Position numbers and translations under genes: made by a program. DNA of 64,000 nucleotides, from contig MU058781.1 in NCBI GenBank assembly GCA_013265495.1, positions 8,041,009-8,105,008 of the forward strand, in the 5' to 3' direction. This DNA comes from Vicugna vicugna. Its lineage: Eukaryota. Under the pieces are notes generated by a model that ran no database searches, was not told the origin of the DNA, and saw nothing but the letters and a program-made list of their open reading frames with translations. Of this stretch, positions 36,036-48,700 are shown in pieces; positions within the stretch are counted from its first letter, which is position 1, and each line of letters starts with the position of its first letter.

Positions 36036-37354
36036 ACTATCTCTAAGTTTAGATGAAGAGCCAAGTCAGAGTACACATGGGGGAGATTCTAAGGGAGATC
36101 CCTGAACTGCTGGCAGCTAAATGATGGGCCAGGGTAGAGTCAGGTTTGAGATAATTTAGCAAATGACTGGGACAGAGGACTCAATATAGAGGGCAACTCA
36201 GAATCCAGTGGAGAAGACCAGCTGCCAGGAGGGCACTGAGAACCACAGAGCTTCTCAGGTGGAGGCCTATTTCTTGGGTAAGAGGCCAATAGCTAAGTCT
36301 GGATTTGGAGATGAGAACCAGCTGGATGCATCCATGGGATATTGGAGGTGGAGGACGTCTTCTTAAAAACCCACCTCCACTGTGAGCATGCATCTTTTAA
36401 CTGCAACGGCATGTCCCTACCATCACCCCTGGTTCCTAAGGGAGCTGACGAGATTTTGAAAGCAACCTCAAGTTCTGTGTATGCGGTAGATAAGTACTTT
36501 TGAACAGTTTGAAACAAGAGCTGTCCTTCTAAACTTTCAAGGCTTTTCCCCTTCTCTTCCTCAGTTTTCAAATGATCAGGAGCTACTGTCTTCCTTTCTC
36601 TAGAAACATACAGTAAATGCCAGGGTGCTGAAGGGAGGTGAATAATTATATCATAGAGATTTTATTTTCCTTTGAATATCCTTTCAGCAAAACATAGTTC
36701 CAACTTCCAGTTCTCAAACTTCCCACCACCTTTTACCTTTCAGCCCCATTCATGCCACAACTTCGCTAGCACTTGCTACCCTCTGCAGAGCAAGGGTAGA
36801 AATGACTATCCCAGCATTTGAACAACAAGAAAGCAGTCTCTTCTCAGCCTGGGAGGTGAGAGCCCATTTTCCACCAAATCTGAAATAGATGACTCTAAGG
36901 AAGTTTCTGTCCGTCTGTCAATCAAGCTTTGCAATATGGTGTTAGACAAATAGTTGAGAAACGCATTTAACCTTCTTGGGATTCAGCAGTCACCCACTGT
37001 GTCCCTCCTTACAGTTTTCGTCACATGATTGCCTCCTAATCCATCCCCTTCCTCATCTCAAGCTGGTCCCTACAGTTTCCCACAAGCCCTACGTTTCCCA
37101 AAGCACCTCTGACCTGCCACTTCCCCAGATCCACGGCTCGTGACATCTCTTCTGAACTTGGGTTAACACCCAGTGAGTATACTCTCTCCAGTCTAACTGG
37201 TTTTTCAGAGGTTCTGACTGGCAAACGTGCTTCTCCTTCTCCTACCAGCCATGAAACCACACCTTTGCCAGCTTTTAAGAAGTAACTCGAGTCACATCTC
37301 TTAGTTTGCCCTGATTGTTTGAGTCAGCATCCAATACCTAACTCAGCTCTCAGC

Positions 37355-37413
37355 ACCTTCCTTCCTCCTTCCCTTCCTCCCTCCCTCCCTTCCTCTCTCC
37401 CTCCCTTCCTTCC
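37355..37413 (+). repeat. (CCTT/CCCT)n polypyrimidine low-complexity tract (tail of adjacent L2)
   Basis: Direct reading. Confidence 0.8.
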
Positions 37414-37790
37414 AGCAAATTTTGAATGAGTTCCACTGTACACCGGGCACTCATTCTTTAAGAAACCGGGTTACAGGAGTCAGTAAGAAATGAAGGTCTT
37501 GGTTCTCTTGGAGTTTACATTCTAGAAGGTGGAGACAGACAAAAACTATTAAACAAACAAGGGAACTTTCAGATGTGTGATAGTGTATTGTGGATAATGC
37601 ATGTGAAGAGTAGTGCTCATAGGCACTTTACAAGGGTGGTAGAGAAGGCCTGTTTGAGGAGATAACATTTCATGTAGGATCTAAATGATGGAAGGAGGAA
37701 TCCATGCTCTGAGCTCCCCTGGAGAAGAGAGCATTCCAATGAGGGGAAGTTACTAATGCAGAGGCCCTAAGATAAACACAAGTTGGGAAA
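37413..37790 (-). mobile_element. L2 LINE 3' region
   Basis: CAGCAAATTTTGAATGAG...GGGCACT...CTCTTGGAGTTTACATTCTAG...GGAGACAGAC...AGAAGGCCTGTTTGAGGAGATAACATTT...AGAGCATTCCA. Confidence 0.8.
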
Positions 37791-39129
37791 GTGTAATCCT
37801 TTCGTCCCTTGCTTCTATGCCATGCTAAACGTGTTATACGTAATGTAACATATAAAGGATATACAGTGAACTTTATATAATCCTATGAGGAATATCTGCC
37901 TTGATCTCATGTTTATAAAATTCTTTTTCTTCCCAAGTGGATTCTTCCCAGGGCATCTAATAAACTTACCCCACCTAGTAAATTCTCAATCTACATTTGA
38001 GGATATTGTCTAAGAAGCAGGTCTAAACCTCCCATATTTGGGAGGAAAAGTGGCAAATTTAGGGGTGATAGTAAGGGAACTTATGCTACAGCTGCTCTCT
38101 AGACTGAATGATGCTTAAACCCAAGAGAGAAATTAATACACAGTTCATCAAGATTTACACTTAAGCACACGCCTAACTCTTGACTTTTTCTCATTAACTT
38201 TTATGGTGCAAAGTTCCTTTCGCTGCCCCCTTTCACAGAATGACCCTTGCTCCACATCATCCATTAACCATCTTATCCTGGCTCAACTGAACACCTCGTA
38301 AAACTATTCTCAGTATGAGTAAGAACCCACCTTTACATTTTATGACTTGTACAATAAAGAGGCAAGAAAAATATGCAATTTATAAAATTATAACATGCAG
38401 TAATATGGAGCTTTTAAGTTAATGGGACATGCAGGGAATGGTGTCATTAATTTAAAAAAAGAAGAAGAAGAAGAAGAAGGAAATACATTATTGTGCACTT
38501 AGTGCTGCTGCTGCTGGCTGTGCCTGGGTCCACAGTGCAAAGAACGTAGCAAAAGCCTCATAAAGCAAGGAGTGTGCGTGGATCGTCACTTTGTTCCTTA
38601 GAACTCTAAATCTGAATTGAAAAATACTGCAACAGCACAGCTTCCATCAGTGAACAGAGGTGTATGAACCTGCTTGTCTTGGTTTTCCAGCAGTGGAAGC
38701 ACAGAGAAATGCAACCAGAAGACCCTGATTTCAGTCAGGCTGTCACTACAGCAGCCACGTTGGAATGGGTGGATGGAGCCCTCGGTGGGAGCCAGCAGCC
38801 TCCCGAACAGGTGTGAATTGTGAAGTAGGCTGCAGAGAGCGGATCAGCTGTTCCACAGTTTGGTTCAGGTTTCACACAGAAAGAGGAAAGTGATGATGAA
38901 TTTGCAAGTACGCAGGCACAAAAGGTTCTCCACCGCAGCTGGCATGTCTCATTCCACTATTCACAAAGTCAAGGGCGATGTTGGTTGTTAAAAAGCCTTG
39001 TGATTTTCATCTACTGAGAACAGCTAAGAGTAAGGAAGATATCAGAAAGTGATGACAGATTGTGGATTTGTTACCAGTTTTTTTATTACAAACACTGAAC
39101 TACTGATTACACAGGAGGCAATAATTTTA

Positions 39130-39362
39130 GTAATAAAGAATACAGCTTGGGGAGCCAAAACACCCAAGGGCAAATCCTGCCTCTAGCATTTACAAAGTAA
39201 CTTCGGTGAAGTTATTTCAAATGTGCTGCTTCTCAGTTTCCTCATCTGTAAAATGGAAATATCAGTGGTATATGTCATATATATGTGAGGATATTGTGAG
39301 GTGATTAGCAAAAGTGCTTAGAGCCATGCCCAGCTCATACTAAGGACTCAGTAACTCTTCAC
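39130..39362 (+). mobile_element. MIR SINE
   Basis: CAAATCCTGCCTCTAGCATTTAC...CTCAGTTTCCTCATCTGTAAAATGG...AAAGTGCTTAG. Confidence 0.85.
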
Positions 39363-40900
39363 TAGTATCCTAAAGGAAACCATGCCGCATAGAACACTAA
39401 GCCCCTAATGGAACTCTAGCTCCTGTGAGCTGGTTTATCCTACAGCAAGAAGAGCACACGCACGCACATGTACACACACGCATGTGTGATAATGATCAAC
39501 CTTAGTGGTGATACCCGCTGTCTGAGAAGAAATGGATTTGGAATCAGAATATGACTTAGTTATCCTTTGAGAAATGCCTTGGGAAAAGCCACCCTGCTCG
39601 CGAATCTTAATCTATTAAAGTGGATCAGAAAACCCCACGCACCACCTTGTTGCTTCATCCTTCATCCCGTAAGTAAGGCAGCTCCTCTGTTCCCTGTTGA
39701 CGTTAGCTTCTTAAGTGGCAACTCAAGCACCAGCTGCTTAACTCCTTCTTCATGTGGCCTTTAAAACAGCCTTGCAGACACGTCCCATGGAGGGCTGCAA
39801 GTCGTTGGTGGAGGGCTCCAGATGAGCTGCGGGCCCTAGCCACGCAACTTCAGAGCTGTGCCCACAGCAGCATCACAAAGCCGGGGCCGCATGCACGCAA
39901 GGGGCTGGTCGGCCTGTGTGGGTGGGGCCAGGCACCGGTGTGTCATGAAGACTCCCCAGGTGAGTCTGAGGCACAGTGACTAAACTGACAAATGCCCTTA
40001 TTTCACAAACAGGGACATCCAGGCCAGTAAAGCGATGTGCTCAAGGCCACGGGCTCATGCGTGGCAGAGCCAGGATTAGTCCAAGGCATTTTTAATCCAA
40101 ACAAAATGCCAGTGGTTCTCAAATGGAGAGGGGGTTGCAGGAGAAGAGGGTATATCAGAATCACATGGGAGTCCTTTTGAAGAACCACGTCACCATCACC
40201 AGCACCACCACCTCTCTTCCATGTCCCACCCCTCATGTCGTCCAGGGAGCTGGTATGATTCTAACTTGTCCCTGCTGCTCAGCAAAAGTCCCCAACACCC
40301 AGACCTTCTCATACGGGGCAGATCCTGCCCCACTGTGAAGCTGTCGCCCAGAATCTTTCCTTTTACCAAGCTCCTCACCTAATTCTTATATGATCTAGGT
40401 TCGAGAAATACTCCTTAGATGCTCAGATGATCAGCTCTTGAAGCGTTAGCACGTCGTGCATGATTAATAAGACTTGAGTTAAGGTTAGGCAATGATGAAG
40501 GTGTCTTGAAAGGAGGTACTGACAAGAGCCAGAGGGGAAGGGTCTGTAACAGTCACCCCAGATCTGCCTCCCAGGCCTGGCCAGGGTTTGTATGACCTCC
40601 TGTATAATTCTCTTCTATCCCAGAGAACTTGGTTGGAGTTAAGTTTCCCTTATTTGCTCTGTCTGTGAATCTTGGTGTTTGTTTTATTTTCAACATATTA
40701 ACACTGGACGTGGAGGGTAGACATGGGTATTATTGAGTAAGCCCCTGCTGCCAAAGCTTTGGAAGAATCCGGACACACAAGCTTTTCACGAACGGGCTGA
40801 TACTGCGTTTCATAGCACATCAGGGTTCATAAGAGGAAAAGCATGCACTGGCTGAGACCCTGCAAGGCAAGGTCACCAGCACGCCCTCCCTTTGTTTCTT

Positions 40901-40992
40901 TCTTTCTTCTCTGTCTTTTTTTTCAGTGGAGGTACTGAGGATTGAACCCATTTGCTAAGCATGTGCTCTACCAGTGAGCTATTACCCTCCCC
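40901..40992 (-). mobile_element. tRNA-derived SINE, camelid Vic-1-like
   Basis: Minus strand GGGGAGGGTAATAGCTCACTGGTAGAGCACATGCTTAGCAAATGGGTTCAATCCTCAGTACCTCCAC plus A-rich tail. Imperfect TSD CTCCCTTTGTTTCTT / CTCCCCTTATTTCTT. Confidence 0.8.
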
Positions 40993-42781
40993 AGAGCTCC
41001 CCTTATTTCTTAATAATAATCAATTCTGCTTGTTATGGGAGTGTCAAGTTTTGGATGATGGTATATTCGGCTGAGTATGGGGGGGCACTGGGAAGGACTC
41101 TGTCATTTGGGAGGAGTCGGGCATATGTAAGTTTGTAAATTGGGCTCAGGTCTTTTGAATGCCCATTCCCACAACGAGGGTGGACTCAAGGTCAAGATTT
41201 CCTAGGATTCTTCCAGCCAGACTATTGCAAGATTTACCTCCTTAGCAGCCCAATAAAATATGGAGAAATCTATTTTTACCAATGGTGGCATCTTTCTGGA
41301 ACAACTAGTGCCACAGCCTGCTGCCCTCCACGGCGACCTTCTGTTTGTGCCGAGGTCTGCGGGAGACAGCAGCCTGGATGGGGCTTCTCCCCAGGAGTCA
41401 CACAGTCCTGCTTCTCAGAGCAGCAGCCTTACGTTCCAAGTGTGCTACCATATAAAAAGTCGGGCTTCTGCTGAAAGCCTTCCTTTGTCTGCATCCTAGC
41501 CTAGTTTGCCATCCAAAAGATTCCACAGAGTTGATGTTTCCGTTCCTTTAATTCAGTGTTTGGGATGACACAGCTCCAGCCCAGCTGTCTCCCAAGCAAA
41601 GGGCTGTGGGTAAATGTTACCCAGTGTTCTCGGCCTCTTTTCTTTCTCTGGGTCGGAAGCAAGGCTGTCACGCTGTATGTTGTTATTTAAGGGATATGCT
41701 GAGATGTTTCCTTTCTGTGGTGGAAAAGATCTTTTCAAGGGAGCCTCTTTATTCCTCTGACATTTCCACTCTTGAAAAGCTGACCCAGTTCCCGCAGAAT
41801 AACAAAAGAAGCAGGCAGAGAAAACAGATTCCCCTGGGGGACTGATAAACCCAGGTGAACTCTGGCCAACTGAGTTTCCCTCAGAGAACTGGGCACCCTG
41901 CCAGAAAGCTGAGGAGAAGAGCCACATCTCAAAGATATACGGGCAAATTAGGATCTGCTCGGCTTTGAGCTTACTTTCAGAATTTGCCTTTGATATGAGT
42001 CCACGTGAAGGCTCAGTCGATCCCACACTCAGCCTGCATGTGCTAGTGTCCGAACATCTGGTCTACCATTTGTCTTCCTTTAGTCCTAGAGGGTCCCACC
42101 TGGGACCTGAGGAGTCACCCTTAAGCTTTTATTTCTGAGCCAATGTGAATGAACCACAGCAGCTTCCATGGCTCTAGGGACTTGAGTCAGCTCACATTCA
42201 CAGGTATTGTCCTTTCCAGGAACTAGCACAGTTGTGAGTCGTAGAATCTGGAAAGAGGAAGGAGAAAAACTGACAGTGCACCAGGTCCGGGGCACCTCAC
42301 ACAGCTGTAAGCATTGCAATTATTTGTCTAATCATTGCTCAGTAAGTTCTGAATGGAAGTTGGTTTCTTTGTTTCACTTACTGGCCACTCTTCTCAGATA
42401 CTCTGTATTTACTGTCATTTCAGCCTTTTTCTTCCCTGATAACATAACTAGAGAGAGGCTCAAGGCCTCATTTCCCTCTCTGTTCTCTTTTTAGGGTGAG
42501 TCTGGATTATAAAGCTATGACTGTGTTTGTGACTAGCCTGTAATTAGCTTTTCCAAGCCATGAGTTAATTTGTTTGGTATTTTTATGTACAGAGTGAAGG
42601 GGGAATTCTTCTTTAGGATATGTGTCTTTTTATCAGATTTTCTGAGCAAAGAACATCAATACATGTAGCCACTTGGCTTATCTAATTTGTTCCAGATCTT
42701 CTCTTGGATCATATTCTCTTAGATCATATCCTTTACATTTTCAGTTGAATACATTGACTCTTTGCAGCTATTTCTTTTTCA

Positions 42782-43230
42782 TTTAGTCATTCAACAAACA
42801 GTTTCTGTAAGTATCTGTAGATATTGCCCAAGGGAATTGAAAAACAGTGAGGCTCCCTGCCGTCTAGGAGGTGATGGTCAAGGGGAAGAAACCAGCATAA
42901 GATCATCACAGCATCGTTACTAAGAGAACCAAGTGCTAGGAGAGAGGCAGACACAAAGTGCCTCAGGAGCAGAAGAAATAAGAATCCCTTATTTTACCAG
43001 GGAAAAACTGGGAAGGTTGCACAAATGAGGTTGCAAATGACCTCATGAGTTTGTTAAGTGGGTAGTGGTGAGGGAACTGACGAAGAAAGAACAGCACACG
43101 TAAAGGTTCATAATCACAACAGTATGTAGGCTTCTGCAGAAACTACTAGTGATTGAGTAAGAAATGAGACTGGAAATGTGTCAGTGACAGGTGTGTTCCG
43201 GAAAGGTAATTCCAGTGACAGCGTGGAAGG
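42782..43230 (-). mobile_element. L2 remnant
   Basis: TTTAGTCATTCAACAAACA end, then TCCCTGCCGTCTAGGAG and further purine-rich L2-like sequence. Confidence 0.55.
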
Positions 43231-43861
43231 TGGGCTAGGCCATTGCTCTGACCCTATTCATCACACTAAGAATCACTGGGCAATGTTCTAGGTGATTGCA
43301 ATGCAGCACTGAGCAAAACAGTGGGTTAACTCATCCCGTCTCCTCATTCACAGTCCCTAGGTGAAGGTAAAAGTGAAATCAGGGTTTTCCTCTGTTTGAA
43401 CTTGAATTAATTTTTTAAAATTATGCAGAATTCATGTCTAGCAGAAGGTAATAATGAGTTCAGTGGCATCAAAGCTATCAAATGTCCCCAGTGAGGGAAC
43501 CTTTTGATAAGATGGAAAACTGTGTTTCACACACACACATACATGAGCACGAGAGTGCATTTAGTTACACATTCGTATCCATTGTACCCTAACGGCAGAT
43601 TTGTGAGTGCGAGAGGCAGGTGTGGGACAATGGCTATATAGTTACCATCAAGTCATTCCTCAGAAGGCTGTAGACCATCTGACCTGCCTGTGTGTGCACC
43701 CCAGGCCCCTACCCCAAGGGTCAGAACAGCATCTCAATGCCCATGTCAGCTCCAAGGGGACCAGGACGTCGTGTCACTTCTGTTTGTCTCCCTGCCAGCA
43801 TATTTATCACTCAGTTGGTTTTCTGAGTGCCTAAGGCATGTGCAGCCCTAAGGAGGAGGAA

Positions 43862-44020
43862 AAAAATATTTAATGCCTTCCATGTGCCAGGATTGTGCTT
43901 CTGCTTTCATGTATTGTCATCTCATAGTAATCCTATGGGGTAGCATTGCCGTTTCTAAATTTCTTTCCAGTAAACCAAGGCTCAGAGGGGTTAAACTCCC
44001 TGGCCAACATCACATAGTTC
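43862..44020 (-). mobile_element. MIR SINE
   Basis: ATGTGCCAGG...AATCCTATGGGGTAG...AAACCAAGGCTCAGAGGGGTTAA. Confidence 0.7.
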
Positions 44021-44049
44021 GTAAGTTCCCATCCTTTGCCATAAAAGGT

Positions 44050-44292
44050 TTATGGATCAGGAGTACATGTGTTGGAGTTCATTCTTACATCTATATCCTT
44101 GTTCTGGGATAGAGAGATAATACTGCGACCCCTTGGAAAATTTTCTCACTCTTTCTTAGCCTCAGTTTCTTTATCTGTAAAAGAAGGATAATAGTAATTT
44201 TAGAGGTTTATTAGGATTGAATGAGACAGTGGTTATAAATTGATTAATCCTTTGCTTGGCACATAGCAAACCCTCAGTATATAATAGCTATC
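44050..44292 (+). mobile_element. MIR SINE
   Basis: AGCCTCAGTTTCTTTATCTGTAAAAGAAGGATAATAGTA...TTGGCACATAGCAAACCCTCAGTATATAATAGCTAT. Confidence 0.8.
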
Positions 44293-47200
44293 CTAAAACA
44301 TGGTTAAGTCGAGTGTCCAGGGCTGTCTCTATTACATCACTTCCATAAGAAACCTTGGTGTGTTTCCTTTTCCATTTTTTTCAGCTTTACCCTTAATATC
44401 AAAGAGATGTCACCAGTTCAAGGCTGGAGTCTAATGGACCGTGAAAGAACAGCTTTCAGGTATAAGTCACCAGCTGGGATGCTTGCTACTCATAATCTGA
44501 TCCTCTCTCTCTTTCTGCAGCTCAGTCCCTAGTGGCTCTTCAGGATAGAGAGAGCAGATATTCAGGGGCACACATAGCATGTGAGGGTGTTTTTTCTTTA
44601 TCAAGTGGCACAGGCAATAATCCAACCCCAAATAATACATAAAGCTAAGTGATGGAGCCAGGTGAGTATACTTGAAAAAGCCAACGTTAAACAAATGATT
44701 GTTCCATGCCTACCCAGGCTACACACTAGTGACACAAAGAATTCACAGCCCTATCTGCCGAGCGCTCAGGGTCAGGTCAGCAAGACCGAGTGCACAAGTT
44801 CCATTTAGGGCACAAAGCACTGTGAGAACACAGTAAAGGGGCACCCAAAACAGACTGGGTGTAGGGAAGGTGAGGAAAAATGGTTCTCCTGGCCATCACT
44901 CCTCTCTGGCACTACCTTTACCCTAGAGAGTAGAAAATGATCCTGAAAGATCCGAAAGCCTATCAGCCTTGCACAAAGAGGGGTTGCAAATTGAGGATGG
45001 AAGTGTCCCACTCCAACTTCCTGGGCAAACCAGGTTGGCACATGGATGGCACATGAATGGTACTGAAGACAAGCCTGTCAACCAAACCACCCTGTGACTG
45101 AGCGCCAGTGAACATTTCCCCAAACTTCCTCGTTTTGTGTGGGAGTCTTTTTCTTTGGGGAATTGTGAAGCACCAAGATGCTTGATAATACAATGAATAC
45201 ATCCTGATTCCTGGCACTTGGCTGCTCTATTTTAGCCTTTGAAAATATAATGACAGTTCCTTATGCCTATGTCCCTGCCTGGCTTTGTGCTGGGCACTGC
45301 AGGGCAGTGGGAGACAAGATGTGTCTTCTGGGCAGCTAATATTCAGAGGCTGACACAGAGCTCTTACCTACAATTGAAAAACTTTGAGCAGGTATATAAA
45401 TCAAATGATGAAAAAGAATAAGAGTCTGAACCAGCATGGGGTAAATGCTGCATATAAATCTTTGCATTACTGCAAACCTCGAAGGTACTGCAACTACCCT
45501 CAGGTGCTTTGGAATCTTTCCAAAATGCATAGTTTAGTTAAATGTGCCTATCCAGATGTTGGGATAAAATTGAAGCCTTTCTTGGACTCCATGCTAGAGA
45601 ACTCTATACACATCTCTACATGACTAAGTCACTTCCTAAAGAGTTCAGTATAGTGTGAAGTGCCTGGCCGAGGATTTCAGAGAAGTTGGAAATGGCCAAA
45701 AAAAAAAAAAAAAAAAGGAAATATTGCAAGGAAAAATGACTAGATAAGACCATTCTGCTTATAGAAGAGGGCTAAGTGAAAATAAAATCTCTTCTCGTGT
45801 GGATTTAAACTAAAACGTCCACAAGGCCCCTAGAAGCCAGAGGGAAGCAGGTACAGGGGAAAAAGTGACTTGAAGTGAGTTAGTGGGAAGGACCAGAGCA
45901 TGAATCCAATTTTGTACTTAATCTCCTGGTAAATTGGAATGGATACTCACAACCCTAGTATTTTTCTCCAGAAATTTGGGGGATTTGACCAATATTCGCT
46001 CCACTTTGCCACGGTACACTGCCAGAAGGCAGATAAGATATTGGGTCTCTCTCAGCCCGATAGCTGAACTTCTTTGGGATCCAAGTAGCAAAAACTGACT
46101 CTAGCTGAAAGGGAACTTACTTGAAGGGACTAGGGTAACTCACTGAATGCAGAAGAAAACTGAACCAATCAAACCAAACTAAATAATTTGGGGGAAGGTC
46201 AAAACCTTCTCTCCAAGGCCCTGACATCAAGGTGACTCAGCTCTGCTGTTCTGAGGCATGTCTCTCTTGCTCCAGGGAGAGAGAATCTGTTATGTCTCTG
46301 AGCAGCTCTGCATTGATTGTGAGGCCAGGAGCAATATAGACATGGCAGCTGGGCGTCAACTCCTGTATTTTAAGAGCAGTTGTTAGAAAGGGGTATCCTG
46401 TAAGCCACTCCCAGATATGTCTACTTCTCCCTAAGAGGAACTCTCTGTTATAACAGCACATGGTGATGAGTTATTTCCAAACTCCATGGGTGGGCTTGAG
46501 GGAGGGGAGAGAGAGAGAGAAAGAAAAAAGGGTACACGTCAGAGGAAGAAGCTTTTAGGTTTACTCTAAGGGAGACTACTGTGATGGAGAAAATTGTTAA
46601 GTATGTAACCAAAAAAACCAACCATAGAAACAGGAACTGATCATGCTTGGAAATGGGATATATTCTCCTCTACCAAGTATCACTAAGTTGTGATTCTGTC
46701 CAAAAGACACAATAACCTTCTGAGGTTCCTCTAGTACTAAGATTTTGTGATTTCAATCAAATTTGAAAACTAAGTTAAAGTTCATGTTTGCTTTTGTTGT
46801 TTATGTTTGTTTTCCTTTTTTTTTTTGCTGTGGAGTTTCTTCCAATATTAATACATATCATAACTCTCCAAGAGGGGAATAAGATTATAAATTTATATAC
46901 GGAAAAGATCCCATAGGTCGGGTTTGGAGTGGATGGTACACAGGAAACCCAAAGTACTGCCTCAAGATCCTAATTTAGTCTGGGGGTGATGGTTGGCTTC
47001 CCCAGGATTTGAGTTCAGCTGACATTGGAAAGATGTTGGGGAGTTTGAAACAGCTAGGTGAAGGGATGCAGGTCTGGAGGAAAAACAATTTCATGTGCTG
47101 GGGACAGCTTGTTGGAAGGTCCCAGTGCAGGATAGAGCTTTAGGCATTGGAATTACTGAAAGAAGCCCAGTGTAGCCAGAGCATATCAAAGGATGTAAAC

Positions 47201-47513
47201 AGAGGTCAAAAAGGACTTTGGGAACAAATTATGTAATTTAGATTGCTTCCTAAAGTCAGTGGGAAGCCATTAGTGGATTTTAATCTAGAGAGTGACCCAA
47301 GTCCTCAGAGTCCTATTCTATTGGTCTTTCTACCTTTCCTCATAGATCTTGGGATCTTACGGTATCAGTAATCTCTAAATTAATTGCTGGACTCTTTTCA
47401 GAGAAAGTGAGATATTCTAAAAGGTAGATTGACCAACTCTCATAGAGAGCTAACAGGCTGATGGAAAGCAAAGGACTGACTCCCTTGTTTGGCAGTTCAA
47501 CCTCTCAGAGGTG

Positions 47514-47957
47514 ATACTCGATGAAAAGCTGAGAGCCTTTCCTCTAAAATCAGGATCAAGGCAAGGAGTATGATGTTAGCTGAGGGTTTGTTATAAATGG
47601 CTTTTATTATGTTGAGCTTTCTTCCCTCTATACCAACTTTGATGAGAGTTTTTATCATGAATGAGTGCTGAAATTTTGTTAAATGCTTTTTCTGAATCTA
47701 TTGAGATGATCATGTGATTTTTATCCTTCATTTTGTTAATATGATATGTCACATTAATAGATTTGTGAATATTTATTGAACCATCCTTGCATCTCGAATA
47801 AATCCCCTTTGGTCATGGTTAATGATCCTTTTGATAAATTGTTGAATTCAGTTTGTGAATATTTTGTTGAGGATTTTTGCTTATATATTCATCAGAGATA
47901 TTGGCCTGTAATTTTTTTTGTAATGTCTTTGTCTGGTTTTGGTATCAGGATAATGTT
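47514..47957. mobile_element. Internal L1 ORF2 (RT) fragment with inverted terminal segment
   Basis: 47514-47567 is sense (EKLRAFPLKSGSRQG). 47567-47957 is antisense to the immediately upstream ORF2 sequence (...KPSANII). Confidence 0.85.
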
Positions 47958-48329
47958 AGAAATGTTACAAATGTTAGAAAGCTAAACAAACAAACAAAAA
48001 TGCATTTTTTTAACTGTTGCAACAAGTTGTGGACATGGTCTATGTTCTGCCAAGCAGATGCATCAGCATCAGGCTCAGTAGGAGAAGTGAGCTGTGGAAA
48101 GCAGGGCTGGCAGGGTGGCTGGGGAAGGGCAGGTGAAGGCACTGCATTTGTTAGCTCTTCTTGCAAGTACAGCTGCAGAGATACTTGGTCCTTTTGCGGT
48201 CAAGGTTCTGGTCGGGGTTCTAGTATCTCTAACATCATAGGAACCTCATGATGAGTAACAAGAGGAAGAAACAGTGAGATTTCCACCATAGCCATCCAGT
48301 AGCAGATTTGATGATATTTCTGGTTGCTG

Positions 48330-48460
48330 TAACTCCTGATGGTCCCATCCTAGCCTGTTTACTTGTCCGCCCTGAAGTTTCAGTAAACTACTTAGACCCT
48401 CTAAAAATCCTTTTCTCCTTAAGCTAGCTAAAGCAGATCCTGTTTCTTGCAATTCACTGA
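48330..48460 (+). mobile_element. Probable MaLR/ERVL LTR 3' end
   Basis: TAAAAATCCTTTTCTCCTTAAGCTAGCTAAAGCAGATCCTGTTTCTTGCAA resembles MLT1/LTR16 termini. Confidence 0.5.
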
Positions 48461-48529
48461 TTAAAACAGGCCTCCTGTTCTCTATCTTTATTGTTTCCTC
48501 TACTTTTCCTTCAGAGTATATATCACAAC

Positions 48530-48700
48530 TGCAGTTAAATAATTATTTAGTTTTAGTGTATATCTGTCATATCCAGTGGATGATAAACTCCTTGAGGGCA
48601 AGAATTGGGTTGTATCTTCAGCACCTAACATCACATCTGGCACATAATAGGTACTCAGTAAGTGTTGGTGAGCAAATGAGTGAAAGGATGAATGGGTGGC
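48530..48700 (+). mobile_element. L2 3' end
   Basis: TAAACTCCTTGAGGGCAAG...CAGCACCTAAC...CTGGCACATAATAGGTACTCAGTAAGTGTTGGTGAGCAAATGAGTGAA. Confidence 0.85.
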
